Assembly (NCBI RefSeq): GCF_009914755.1 | Contig: NC_060926.1 | Origin: the human T2T-CHM13v2.0 reference genome, Homo sapiens | Reading direction: 5' to 3' (one strand) | DNA: 64,000 bases | In this document: positions 28,959-63,409 of the stretch, one piece after another | How the letters are laid out: every line of letters starts with the position of its first letter | How positions within the stretch are numbered: the first letter of the stretch is position 1 | Position numbers and translations under genes: made by a program | The notes under the pieces: model-generated | The model's input: only the letters and a program-made list of their open reading frames with translations | What the model was told of the DNA's origin: nothing | Databases searched by the model: none

Positions 28959-30684
28959 CTACCTTGGGAAAAGGGAATTAGATGTCACCTAGAATGGTTA
29001 TAAAAGACTGAACTGGAATAAAATCACCAGCAGGAAGGAGGCCAATTTCGATGTCACATACAGATGAGCTTTTTATCTAGAAATACCCTTCTCCCTGGGG
29101 TATAATTTATTCTCAATATTAACTAAAGGCCATTTAGATAAGAAACTAGTGTTTGCTATTCCCTTGAGTGTACCTAAGAAAAATTTTCATGAAATAACCA
29201 ATAATAAACTCAGGGAAAATGAGAGTAGAGAGAAATACTCCCTAGAAATATTCACTTTCTATAAACCATCCATTTTTGCAATGACAAAAATACTGTTTCT
29301 GTCACTAGATTCACAAAGTCAGATAGGGAAAATAATTATAAAATGCCCTTCCAGGAAAAGTTATTATGAAAATGGGAAGAACGACTTGATCATTTGAGCT
29401 TTGGAAGAATGGCTTGAAGAATGGGGAGCAGGGTGGGTGGGCCGAGAGCAGGATCCTGGTTGAAGATACTGGGGAAGAGATTTGGCATTGGATACAGGGA
29501 GTGAGGGGCGGGTGGGGATAGACTCTCATGTTCCCTCTATCACCAACCTTCGCAGGTGTCTCGAAGTAGTCTTGAAAGCCAGGGCTCTGAGTCTTGGGTT
29601 CTAGCCACGGCTCTGCCACTTAGGAGCCATACAAGCAAGTCTCTGCACCTTTCTTGACCTCTTTCTTCATCCGTAACATGAGAAGTCTGGATCAGGTGAT
29701 TGCTAAGATCTTTACAAGCTCTCTAAATGACAGGATTCAGACAGAGTTACCAAACAGAGGCTTGTTCCACAGCCTTCCTTCATCCGGTTAGCCATTAAAC
29801 CAACGCAGAGACGACAGTCACCCTTTCAATTGTAGAAATATTTGAAAAGAGTAAATAAACCAGGCTAAAATGCAATTCTGTCTGAAAATACTTACACACA
29901 TACTCAAAGTCCACATTACCCAAAAAGAGACTAAGTCCCAGTTGGCCAGCTAATGACACGAACCTGAAACTCCAGAGGTAACCCTTTAACTGAATAACTG
30001 CTTTTTTAAAACTGCAAGTGATTCACAGCACATTTTGTCACCTGCACAGGGAGAAAAGAAATGCCTCTGAATATTCAAATATGCTTGTAAAATATTAAGC
30101 ACCTCCCACAGGCAGTGGAAGTGATATATTTATCCTGCGTCATTATCTCTCGGGGCACCACCTGCATCTGTTCATGGTCAGCAAACATGGCCAAGCTCAA
30201 TGTACTTTAATGGAGGGAGGATCACAGATCACATCTTCCTCTCACTTGCCCGGGCTACCAGCTGGGTCCTGTTAGCAGCAGGCATCGGACAAGGCCTAAG
30301 ACCCACAGCCTTCGGTTCTATGGGGCGGGGCCCTAGATGAAGGAATTGGGAAGTGGCTCATCCTCTATTTTTTCTAAATAGAAAAAAAAATTATTTCTAA
30401 ACAGCTTAAAACATTATTTTCATTTTCTCAATTTACAGTGACCCCCTAAATGAAAGCTATTTCTTTTTTTTTTTTTTCCTAGGTGGAAAAACATAGAACC
30501 TATTCATTTTCAAACTTAGACAATGCCAAGTTTTGGGGGAAAGAAAAGTCAGCTGAAAAACTGCAATGGCTCTGATGGTGAACTTGGCAATATGTCAGCA
30601 CTGTTCAGAGAGAAGGGCCCACTACTTTATATTCTGTGGCTGCAAATGGCAGACAGGTTCATTTTCTCCTTATTGTTCTCTCCT

Positions 30685-30689
30685 ACACA

Positions 30690-30727
<38 letters not shown>

Positions 30728-30758
30728 ACGAGAGAGAGAGAAAGAGAGAGAGAGAGAA
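30685..30758. repeat. (CA)n(GA)n compound microsatellite
   Basis: Direct reading. Confidence 0.95.
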
Positions 30759-31199
30759 GGTACCCAATACATACATCATTTACCTTTTAACTTCAGGATG
30801 CCTGATAGTACTTTTGCTCCTGCCACTAACTAGCTGGAGAACTTGGGCAAATTGAATAAATCTTCAAACCTTGGTCTCCTTATTTATGAAATAGGAATTT
30901 TTAAAAAGCTACTTCCCAGGTTTGTGTAATAACCAAATACCATTATAAAAGTTATGTAAAGCAGGGAGGTCACCCACTCTCCCCAACATCATCACTGGTG
31001 GGGATGGAAGGGCAGTGTGGTTTAGTGAGTCAGGCTCTTCTCCCTGGAGTAAGTCCTGGATTTAAGTCCCAGGTAGCCACTGAGTTTGGGACAGAACCAG
31101 GTGGGTAGAAAGTGATTGTGTAATCATAACTATTAATTGTGATCATTTCTCACAGCAAAGTGTGATGCAATCATTTTTCTTAGTTGATGTTATTGTCTA

Positions 31200-31568
<369 letters not shown>

Positions 31569-31769
31569 CTACATCAGATACTTTTAGTTGTAAGTAGAAG
31601 TTGCCCTAATAAATGAATTACACTCTTTCTTTGCTAGTTAATGCTCCTCTTCATTGAGAAATACTGTCAACTGCACTGGAACAAAAATACTTAGTCATAA
31701 TGTCTTCCCATTATTAAAATGCAAGATGGTATAATTACATTTGCCATATTATTTCTTACACTCAGAGAG

Positions 31770-32200
31770 ATGGATTACATATCACTAAACAGCCATGACC
31801 TTGGATGATGGGTTTGATAATTTGCTAGAATTGTTCATAGAACTCAGGGAAGCACTCTACTTATGTTTATAACTCAGGAACTGGCAGATGGAAGAGAAGC
31901 ATTGAGCAAGGCTGGAGATGGAGTGGGGGAACCTGCAGTGCCCTCGATGGACCACCACCCTGCCAGCGTTTGGATGTGTTCACCAACCTGAAAATCCATC
32001 AAATCTTGTTCAAAAGTCTTCATAGAGTCCAAGCGCTAGCTCTTCCTCCCTTTCCTGGAGGTTGGCGGGCAAGGTTGAAAGTTCCAGCACTCTAACTAAC
32101 CACTGTGTCATCCTAGTGACCAGCCCCATCCTGAAGCTATCTAGGGACCTCATCCTGAATTACTTCATTAGCATAAACTTAAGTATGATCAAAAGGGGGT
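31770..32200. mobile_element. ERVL LTR fragment (MER21-like)
   Basis: gggtttgataatttgctagaa..agaactcagggaa; cagccccatcctgaagctatctaggg..cattagcataaac. Confidence 0.65.
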
Positions 32201-32205
32201 TTTAG

Positions 32206-32805
<600 letters not shown>

Positions 32806-33206
32806 AAAAGTGGGTTTTACCACAACATATAGTCAGAAGTACAGTTGACACTGTAACTAATTAATTATACATACACATATATTTTATTTGTATTTTTAGC
32901 TCAACTCTATGGAAGCAAATATATACGTATATTTGTAACTGAAATAAAAGTTCCACAAAGTAATACTTACCCATAGTACCTCCAATATACGCTGATATTT
33001 TTCTATTCTATACTCTATTTCATTTTTTACATTTTCAATTAAGGCGCTACATTTCTAGGTGCTACATTTGTGGAATTTAATTTTTTCTTCTTGTTATTTT
33101 TTCAGTATTTCCCACAGCAAAACATTTTGTAGTAAGACGAGAAATAAAAATCACTTAAAGATCATTTTCTTTCAAGTGGAACTGGGGCTCAAAAAATATT
33201 GACCAA

Positions 33207-33566
<360 letters not shown>

Positions 33567-33679
33567 GCCAAGAGGGAGAAAAATCAGGCTGGGCCCTCAG
33601 TTGCATTTCTAACTTCTCTCTGCTGGGTTTGAGGCATGTTGGAGTCTAAAGCAGACACCTTCGTCTCTGCTCGTGTCTT

Positions 33680-34636
<957 letters not shown>

Positions 34637-37140
34637 AGAAAGTGGTTTTGTTGTTGTAGTTGTTGACTAACAGGGAGAAAGTTGATTGGAAGCCCATGGA
34701 GCAGGACAGTAGAAAATTACAGAACAAAAGTTTTATGGCAAATTTTGTCTACAAAACATCAAGTGATTGTGTTCAAAGCAGAAAGTGTGACAATCGAAGG
34801 CAAAGGCCATCTCTACAGCTCCTGTTCCGTTCATCCCATCATCAGTGAGGGTGAGCAAGAAACAAACTCACTCACCAAAAGGAACCCCAAAATAAGCTGC
34901 ACTTATTAAACTGCTTCTTTAGTCTGACAAAGTGAAAAACTGGTTCCCACCTGGTTTCTTGCTTCCTGAACAAATATGGTGGGTGATCACTTCTGGGAAG
35001 TATGGGAAGAGGCAATTCTCTAGACCCGTCTCTTCAAAGATGAATCTTTTAGACTTTAGAAAAGATAACATTGGGACTCTCAACTCACAGGAATCATGGA
35101 CGAAAATCTCTGGTTTTATGGAAAGGCCACTGGCTGGAAATCAGAAAACCTACATTCTACATCCAGGTGGAAACCTGGGTGATCTTGGGAAGGTCTCAAC
35201 CTCTCTGAGCTATTATTTCCTCAACTAGGTATGAAGGGGTCTGATAAGCAGTACCTTAAATATCTTTCCAGCATTAGGATTACTTAAGGTTATATATCTC
35301 ACTCCATTGTTAGCATAACAAACTATGTAATTTTAGGTGAAATATATCAACTGTATTATTTTTTAAATAGATGGCTGTATTGCCTTTTTAATGGACGTCC
35401 TTCCAGCTCCAAGAATCTGTACACCTCTACGTTTTGGGGTATAAAGAATCTGACCAATGGCAGTGGTTAGTAACATCCCAGTCCTACCCAGTCTCACATC
35501 CTAACTTGACAAATGGTCATTGAACAAGTTGGTGGAAACCAAGAAAACCCACTAGTACTTAACATTAAGATGGATTTAAAAGATCAAGAAATAAAACAAA
35601 AATAACATTTATTTCCTGAGTTGTTTTAATATCTGGTATTAATAGTGACACAAGTATGCAACTCAATATATATTTCAAAAGAAACCTGCACTTTTATTTT
35701 GGCATTAAAACTGTGTAGTTAACAATTACTTTATTTTGTTCAACTTGATTAGAATAGGATCTAATGCACACTCTTCAATCGAGTTGATCTGAAAAAGATA
35801 ATCTAAGAACTGCAATAGAGGTTAGAAACTTAGAATTTTAGAACCCAAAGGGGACTTAATCGGTCTGCTTCCATAATTTTACAGATAAAAAATACCCAGT
35901 GAAAGTTACTTGACTTACCCAAGGTCAAATTCAAATAAGAGCCTCAGTTGTCTGAATTCAGAGCCCAGCCATCTTTCTGAAACACAACATAGCAGTAAAA
36001 TAGAAACCTTCATAAAAAAACTTTATAAGTAGCAGGAAAGAGTTTAGTATTGAAATGTCAGTTTTTACCAATGTGTACAAAATTCAGAATTGAAATAAGC
36101 AGTACTACTGAGTTTTTTTTTTTTAAATCATCATAAAAAACCTAAAAACATAATTTAAATTAGAGCCGGAGCCTGTGAAAGTATTGGCAATGTAAAAAGT
36201 TGCTCATCTTTCCTGGGCTGTCTGTTCTAAATGGACTTTGAAAAAAAAAAAAAAAAGTATCACATTCTCTACTCATAATCTTCCAACTGATGGAACATTA
36301 GTTTGTTTTTAAAATGGACTTCTCCTTCTCCTGTAACTTTTTTTTGTGGTGATAGAAACATTGAGGTTTTCTTTTTCATTCATCATTTTTATTACATTTT
36401 TAACTTTGACCTGTGCTAATATACCTACTAACTCCTAGCACATCCTAACTTTGTCATGAATTTGAGTTTACTTCTGGAATGACATCTGATTTCTTTTAGT
36501 TTTATCTACATTGTCCAAGTGAACTGTTCACCAAAAACTAAATAGCACCATGTCAACAGGACATTTTGGCGAAGAACAAAGTGTCACCTATGATTACAGG
36601 CCAGTTTATACTGCTTCTGGTGGTGATGGTGATGTTAGGAGGTAGGTTTTCATACTCAGTGTAATTCTGTTGATTACCCCCAGCTTTCCTCTGGATTTTT
36701 CCAAATCCACATAATACTTAACTGTATACATAGTTGTTTCAATTTCATTTTCCTTTCTCCCTGGATTCTAAAGTCCTGAAGTAAAAGAGCACAGATTATG
36801 CAAACAACCTGACTGACAAAGAGGAAAGAACGCAACAGTACAGAAATGCTCATTCATTCCTTCAGTGACTATGTGAGTCTAGGCCAGGCATTATGCCAGG
36901 CACGAGATTTAAGAAAAACAACAACCTGATACCATGGCATCTCCTGCAGATGATAAAATGGGAAGACTGAACACAGTACACTAAAATATTTGTAGTACAC
37001 TTAGTTGACCATGAGATCCAAACAAAAAACCTCCATGTAAAGGGAAAACAATAACTAACAAAAAGCATCTATTTCTTAATTCATCCATTTCACGATGAAT
37101 GTCAAGTCGATCCGTGACTAAAGAGATTCGTCATCCCATC

Positions 37141-37498
37141 TGTCATAGTTTGAATGAGTCCTCCAAAAGTTCATGTGTTGGAAACTTGGTTGCCATTGTG
37201 GTGATGTGAAGAGGTGAGGCCTTTTGGAGGTGATTGGGTCATAAGGGCTTCACCCTCATGAAAAAATTAATGCCAATACCTTGAGAGTGGGTTAGCTTTT
37301 GCGTGTTTGGCCCCTTTTTCCTCTGTCTTGCATGCTTGCTTGCCATGTGATGCCTTCCACCATGGGATGACTTCACCAGATGCCAGTGCCATGCTCCTGG
37401 ACTTCCCAGCCTCCAGAACTGTGATCCAAATAAATCTTTCTTTATAAATTATCCCGTCTTTGGTATTCTGTCATAATGCCAGAAATTGGACTGAGACA
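37141..37498 (+). mobile_element. MST/MLT1A-type MaLR LTR
   Basis: tgtcatagtttgaatg..ctccaaaagttcatgtgttggaaac...ggactgagaca. Confidence 0.75.
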
Positions 37499-38224
37499 CC
37501 ACTCCTGCCCACTCCCATGGGTGTTAAGTGGGGAGGGAAGTTGGTATGTTGGAGAGGAAGACCACAAAACTTGCAGCTTTTTCTTTCTAAACACCAAAAC
37601 ACCATTGAATGCTTTGGGAGGAAATGGATTTCATATTCTCACCATCCATCCAGAATGCTATCAGAACAATGGAAGCAAATAAATCTATTACAACACTAAA
37701 TTGTCCTTGGAGGAAAGAAAACTTACTTTGCCTAGTCTATTAGCCTATAATAATTAAAGACCAACTTTTTTTTTATTTAGTTCTAGAAAGTTGAAAAACC
37801 TGGCTTGAATACTTAACATTCTCATTAGAACTATTAAGCTTTTTCTCAATGAATTTAGTTATTAAGCCTGTTTTTATTGATCACAGGGGCAACTACAATG
37901 ACATTTTCTGAATTTAAAGTCCTTTTAAAATTAGTTACATTTTAAACAAGCGGTTCTCATTTATGTAGGAGGCCAGAGTGGTAAGACAACGTCCTCCTAA
38001 TCGAAGGAAGCTGGGTGAGAGGGATGTTGTGTGTGTGAGGAGTAGGGGAGGACAGGATTGTGGCTTTTTCTGACTAAAAATCGTCACTTTTACATTCCTC
38101 TTCTTATCCCTCTCTTGTGCCTACTTATAAATTCTGCAAAGGTTTGATTTGTCACTAACTATAATTATTGGCTGAATATAAAATCTAAATGCTTTCCAAA
38201 AGCTGCAACACACAATTACTGTTT

Positions 38225-38400
38225 TCACTCAGTAGATAACGCGTTGATATTTGAACTATCTGGAAGTAGTAAGGGGCATTTTGAGTTGTCATAATGACTG
38301 GAAGGTGCTATTGACATTTAGAAGCAAAGGGCTTTGCTGTAACCCTCTACCAGGAAGAACTGCATCAAGCAAAATGCCTATACCTGTTAAGAAATCCTGG
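38225..38400. mobile_element. MER20-like hAT fragment
   Basis: catttt..gttgtcataatgactgg..ggtgcta..gacatttag motif. Confidence 0.45.
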
Positions 38401-39245
38401 GAGACGTTTTAAAGAATCATACAAGATTTGAAGAATGTTACCATTAAAACATAAAGCTGGAGATCACTGAACTGGCTTCACAAAAACACAGAGAGTAAGG
38501 TTCAGTGGGGTTAGCTTCCCCTAGCTGGGAAGACTGGAGCCAGGACTACATCAGGCCTTCTGACTCTGTCTGGGGCTCTTTCTGCTCCACCAAGTTTATT
38601 TTCACAAAGCCCTTTACACAGGTCTGTGTGAGTTATCATGATGCCAGGGACTCTGCCTGGATGCCAAGGGCTGCATGTTCTATTCTAAGTTTTGGAACAC
38701 ACTTTGGGAATAGGACTGACTAGGATGAATGAGTTTTAACAAATGTCCAAATTCCATCAAGAAACTGCAAGCTGAGCCCATCGGGTTTTCTTTACATTAC
38801 TGTTAACTTTACAGATGATCATTTCAACTAACAGCAGCTGCCCCGTATAACTCTACAATTGCCCACGTTAACATTAACCAGTGTTTAGACCCCTTGCAAT
38901 CTGGACTTGTGTTTTCTGCCCTAATATCCCTTAGTACAATCTTCTTGATAATAAATTGTTAATAGTGTCCCTAATTAACATTTTGATGTATCATAGCCAC
39001 ATAGAAGATACCAAAATCGATTCCTGAAACCTCAATTCCCAATGAGAGTGCAAGAATCCAGCATGTGTGCCTGGGCCTCAAAGCCACAATGGGACATTTG
39101 AGCTGGCTATGGGGCAGTTCTGGGACCTGCTTCCTTGCAATTTCTTGCATAGGAAGGACAGCGTTATTCCAGGCATCAGCACGACCCTTCTTCCTGCCCT
39201 TCTCACATCAAGTGAGAGGAGGAGCAACATAGGAGACCAGCTAAT

Positions 39246-39543
39246 CTTTTTTTTTTTTTTTTTGAGACGGAGTCTCGCTGTCGCCCAGGCTGGAGTGCAG
39301 TGGCGCGATCTCGACTCACTGCAGGCTCCGGCCCCCGGGGTTCACGCCATTCTCCTGCCTCAGCCTCCCGCGTAGCTGGGACTACAGGCGACCGCCACCT
39401 CGCCCGGCTAATTTTTTGTATTTTTAGTAGAGACGGGGTTTCACTGTGCCAGCCAGGATGGTCTCGATCTCCTGACCTCGTGATCCACCCGCCTCGGCCT
39501 CCCAAAGTGCTGGGATTACAGGCGTGAGCCACCGCGTCCGGCC
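39246..39543 (-). mobile_element. Young AluY (AluYe5-type)
   Basis: CpG-rich; diagnostic GCGAGGTGG, GAACCCCGGGGG..GGAGCCTGCAG and GGCGACAGCGAGAC (2-bp deletion); TSD CCAGCTAAT at 39237-39245 and 39544-39552. Confidence 0.85.
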
Positions 39544-40539
39544 CCAGCTAATGTTGAGGTTACTAACCTGGCTCAAAAAAAAAGAGGAAGGAATGACACA
39601 GCCTTCTGTAAGCATGAGTTAGAATTGTTCTGCAATGGCTGAATCTCTCCCCTCCCAAAATGCCTCCTGCTTTTGTATGCATTGGCCTCAAGAGTTTGCA
39701 GAGACATTGTGCTTTCTACCAGAACAGTGCCCCAACAACTGTCATTAAGATGGAAAACTTCATCCATATACCCATTAACATGCGAACACTAATTCATACA
39801 ATCACATCAACCAGAAGTGCAATGCTACCCAGCTCCAAACACAGAATTGGTTATCTAGACAACATCAGATTGGTTATAAACTTCCATGCCTGTCTTGTGG
39901 TGAGCTTTTATTTAGTAGTGCCTTTCATCTCTGATTTAGAAATTTTACAGACCAAGAGATTTATCAAAGGAAACGTGTGTTTTTCCCTCAGGCAGTTGTA
40001 TCAAGACAATGTATGTGTGCGTGTATATGTGCATATACGTATGTGAGTTGTGTAACTGTACACAGACCTTTAAAAATAAAATTAAATTCAGTCATCACTC
40101 TTCTAACAAAAATCCATCTTTCACTTTTGTAAATCAATTCTACTTTGCTTTTTCTGTTTCAGTGAAATAGACTGGACATTTGCTAAGGGCAGAAGAGCCA
40201 GTCTTGAAAGTCAAGCACGATGACTTCATAGTGTTCCAACCAGTAGGCCCTATTGTCTGTGCACATTTTCAACGCCAATGGCACTATTTTGCCGGCGCAT
40301 AGGGATACCTTACACAAATGCTCCACCAACAAGCAGGTAGCAGGGCCACCTTTTTAAGTGTATTTGTTTTCTACAGCGTTCTCCACTATCTGCCTCCAAA
40401 AAAAGCTAAGTTCACTCACTGCATTACTTACCAAAATAGGAAGCTTTCCAAAAGTCACCCACGCAAGCACATAGCACTTCTTAGAAGAACCCTCTAGTTG
40501 TGTATAATTTAATAAAACTGACCATGTAGGATAATGCTG

Positions 40540-40545
40540 TTTATT
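40540..40545 (-). terminator. Distal polyadenylation signal AATAAA
   Basis: tttatt on + strand, with upstream UGUA elements (40591-40598) and a U-rich downstream element on the minus strand. Confidence 0.6.
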
Positions 40546-43500
40546 AAAAATATAGTCAGGGAGAAGGAAGTCAGTGCATTTATGCAATTTTACATACACA
40601 TCTGTAGTTTGAGGTTCCATTATTCCAACAGTTCATATAAATCACTGTTTCAGATAAAAGGAAAAAAATGCTTTACACAGGAGATCAGCAATTGGTTATA
40701 GGTTTGGAAATATGAGTCGGCTTGTAGTAAAAATAAAACCACCTCTTCCATTATTAAAGAATGTCTCCTTCATGCAGAACAAGTCTTTAGCATTAAGAAC
40801 TTTTCCTTGCATAAGAATTGTTAACTTGAAGTTCTTGGAAAACAGCCAATCCTGTTTTCTATATTTATAAATGCTATTTTGTCTGGATTTTTTTTTTTGA
40901 GGTAACAAAGGAAGCATCTTCAGTGATTTGTCACTAGGTTATCCTTTACCGTGTATGTCAACTACTGCAATGTCAAACCTAAGACTTATACAAAAGCATT
41001 TCTCAGAGAATCATAAATACAGAATATGACATTTCCAAACAATTATTCTCATTACAGCAGGGAAAACAAAATGGATCAAAAAACAAAGCCTAAAATAAAT
41101 GAAGGCTTGATCATTTTACTAGTAGAGAAATGAACAATAGCATCCAGAATCCTCCAAAAAGGATTTGGCATATGAATGCACTTTTATGAAAAACTTCATC
41201 ACATTTTTTTTTTGGAATAGACTCCACTCTCATTTCCTGAGCTCACGCTCACAGACAGGAGTCGAGAGTACAGCTGCAGCACCTGCTAAGCCAGAAGGAA
41301 GACGGCAAACTTACAACTTACTCGCGACAGTCCTCAGTGTGGAAAATCAAGAGTTGTGGATCTAATTTCTTGGATACTGAAGTTGGTGCTCTGTCCCTTG
41401 GCCTTCTGTGGTAGGATGTATAGGATGCCCTAGGGAAGTCACTCCACAATACGGAGTGGTCACATTCATTTGAAGGCACCACTCCTTTCCATGTTATGCA
41501 CCTAACTCAAACCCAGTAAAGAGGGACTCCAAGCATAATTACTTTCTTTATATCCTGCTAGTGAAAGTTCTGTCACTACAAATGCAGGGAACCAGAGACA
41601 AGCATGAGAAGAGAAAAATCTGCGTTTCTTACGATGAGTGGCTGTGTGAAAGGTTTCTGCTGGGTTTGGCTAAGGCATCTAAAACTCCGTGTCTGCTCCC
41701 AGTTAGTCTACCTAGAACTTACAGTTCAGTTTTCTGGGGGGATAGGAAGAGGGGATTACATTTAGCTACCTCTTCCTTCTTGGAATAGTTAAAAATACGT
41801 TCTCATATATAAAGCAGATCGAATCAGTAACTGTCTAAATGACAACACAAATTCGGTGTTAGCTATGACTAACATCTGACTGACTCCATCTCAGCAAAAA
41901 ATAAAGGACAACAAAATCTCAGTTGTTACCCAACTAAGTGTTTAAAGTATACTAAGAAGTTAGTGCTCGTTGATAGGATTACCAAGCAAATGAATTTAAG
42001 GCATAACTGGAGTAACAGCAAATGAAGTATATACTTTTTCCCTCTGGTGCAATAAGGCCTCTGCCAAGAGAGATTACTTTAAGAGTTTTCCTGCCCCAAA
42101 TTAACCAAAGGTCCCGTGTATTGAAGGAGGAATAAGCTAAAGGCTGAGGCTTTTAAACAGGTAACGACTGACTTTGAAACACTCAAGACTTTAGAGTTTG
42201 AGTCAAAATCATCATATATACTTATTAGATGCTGGAATCAATGAGGCCAAATTTGCCAGGGCTGCAACATGGATAAAATGTCAAGTACAGATGAAACATT
42301 ATTTTGTTTATACATGTCTAAATTTTAACAGAACCCTTTAAAAATCAGGAACAAAATGCTATGTTCACACAAAAATCCTTGTGCTTAATTTGCAGGAAGA
42401 TATCAGAACAGTTGAAAACAAATTGTTTCAGTCTTTAACTTCACTTGATGAAGCTGCTCAGCAACTGTGCTGTTAGTGGTGAAAACTGCAGAAACACAAT
42501 TCCCTTCTTGGATTTCAGGGAAAAGCCATTCACTTGTCAGTCTCTGCAGAGACAGGGAGAGAATTCTCTGCCCCCAACTCCTCTGACAGTTCCCTTCCAC
42601 TTAATGGGGTCACTGCCCAAGTGAACTCTCAGGAGGGGACATTTCCATATAAGGCCATTTAAGTGTAAATTGACACAGCAATCTATGTCAAACAAGCCAC
42701 TGAGTTTCTTTTGGGTGGTGGGATAGGGAAAAGGGCTTTTGTGTCAATTAATTAAAACTTACAGAACAGTCAAAAAAATTGATTTCTCAAAGTTCAATTA
42801 AAAAAAAAAACTAGCTCATCTCTTATTTTCAAGGAGATGAATTATGGAAAATTCCTTCAAATTTATGCCACAGGCCTAGTTTTGGACCTTAGGAAGGAAT
42901 CTCCTCCCATTTTCTCTTCACATTTTAGTTTCTTCAAGTTGCTATTATAAATTGTTTGAATAGCAAAATCAGCCATGACCCGAATCATGGAGATATGTGG
43001 ATTTCCTTGCATTGAAATACATCTATACAATTGAAAGTTATGCATACAGCACAAAACTATAAACAAAAAGGTGAAGCAAACTTTCTTTATTTTCAGGTAA
43101 AAACATTAACCTGATGGATTATTGCAGATTTGAGAAATCAGCACATAAAATGACTGGACAGCATTGCTTACAGGTGCTTTTATCTGCGTCGAGACAAAGG
43201 CTGAACTGTTTTGTCCCAAGTCAGCACTGGGAGAAGGGGAAGAGGAGCGTGGAATAAAGAAGACTATGAACAAAAACGTAAAACAACAAAGGGAAAAAAA
43301 TTTTTTTACTCCAACAGGGAAGGAAAACTGCTTATTTTGTTTAAAAAATTTACATTAATTTAAAATCCTCTGGCCACAGAATAATAAATACCGGCCAGCC
43401 CAAGCTGTAGACTTCTTAACCTTCATAAAAGAAACAAATGAGCTTTCCTTGTCTCATTCCAGAGGCTGTTGCTGCTGGAATTGCCATGTAAACAGTCCTT

Positions 43501-43919
43501 AGTGTGTCACCTGGGAAAAAGCCAGTAATACCCTAAACTATATTAAAACTAAACTATAAGAAAAGTCTACCTAGTTACAAAAGCTGAATTATATTCAATA
43601 AATTTCAATCCAATGAATTTTAAATTAGATCTTAACTGGAGAGAACATGGGACAACAGAAGCCCATGGGTAACGAAAATTTGAGAACTGTGAGTTGTATA
43701 CAAAAAAAAAACTGTGAGCTGCACAGATAATAATGAATCAGGGAGAGAAAATCAGAGGAAAGTGAAAAGCACATAGAGCTAGTCTACTAAACTATATTTG
43801 TCAAATACATGTGAGCTTAAATTTCTGTACTTATGTACAAGAGTTGTCTTTGGAGGAAAGAAAACTGCAGACTTAGCTAGATGGATACACACAGCCCAGA
43901 ATTAAACTGCACAGCCACA

Positions 43920-43925
43920 TTTATT
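43920..43925 (-). terminator. Proximal polyadenylation signal AATAAA
   Basis: tttatt on + strand about 320 nt after the stop, followed on the minus strand by GT-rich sequence (ctgtgtgtat). Confidence 0.6.
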
Positions 43926-44243
43926 GTTCCAGCCTGGAAAAACATCCCTTTTTTAAATTTCACACAGCAAAGCATGTTAAAAACTTCACTCATCAAATAA
44001 ATGATAATTTAAACAAGAACTTGCTAAAGAAACCTCATCACAACAACGTTTTAGGGCCTGATCACTTTAAGTCCATGGGGCCATTAATGAATATCAACCA
44101 AATGTCTCTTTATAATCTGCAAGCCGTTTTTCCTACAACAAGAAGGCGTAACATGTTTCCTTGACTCAGGTGATAACATTAGAAAAGAAATCATGATTTG
44201 TTTCTTTTGCTGTAACAGGCAGACACTGCATTTCTTGCTATGA

Positions 44244-62545
<18,302 letters not shown>

Positions 62546-63086
62546 CTACAAAGAAAGTACAACTGTCAGGAAACTATGCTCTACCCATATTACACTTTAA
62601 TAAACAGGTGGCATTTCTTGAAATGCAAAAGAACAAGATCAACTCAATTGTTAACACTTATTTCCTTAAACAGGTAACTCAGAAAAGGTTAAGAGGTAGC
62701 TGTATTGCTACAAATATCAACAGCACCCTGGCATACATTAAGGAAATCAGATGCAAGAGTAATTACTAATTTATCTTGTGGCCATGGCAAGTTCAGAAAA
62801 TTCAAGTTGGGGAAGAAAAAAATCGTCTTTGCCAAATATCAGTGCAATTCTCAGGGCTGCAGTTTCATGAAATTTCCCTGGGTACATTTATATTTAGATA
62901 GAGAAATAGATATGGAGGTGACAGGTCAAACAGGTGAGCTGGAAACCTACTGGCTCTGATCTGCCAAGATCCTACAAGCACTACTACAAACACCTGCAAA
63001 TGAGATTTTAAAAGGTCCTGCTAGATTTCTAATTTATGCCAATATCAGTGCTTATGGAATCCTAATAAAGATACGAATAGGATGAC

Positions 63087-63409
<323 letters not shown>

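Larger units (their letters stand above)
40520..44243 (-). other. TRIP12: TRIP12 3' UTR (long form, ~3.7 kb)
   Basis: AT-rich stretch free of obvious interspersed repeats, running from the stop codon to an AATAAA at 40540-40545; exact end inferred. Confidence 0.65.

Noticed and set aside
35560-35800. AT-rich block with several minus-strand AATAAA hexamers as a further TRIP12 3' end
   Set aside because: It lies ~5 kb beyond the distal signal across several repeats, and such hexamers are expected by chance in AT-rich DNA; unsupported without 3'-seq.
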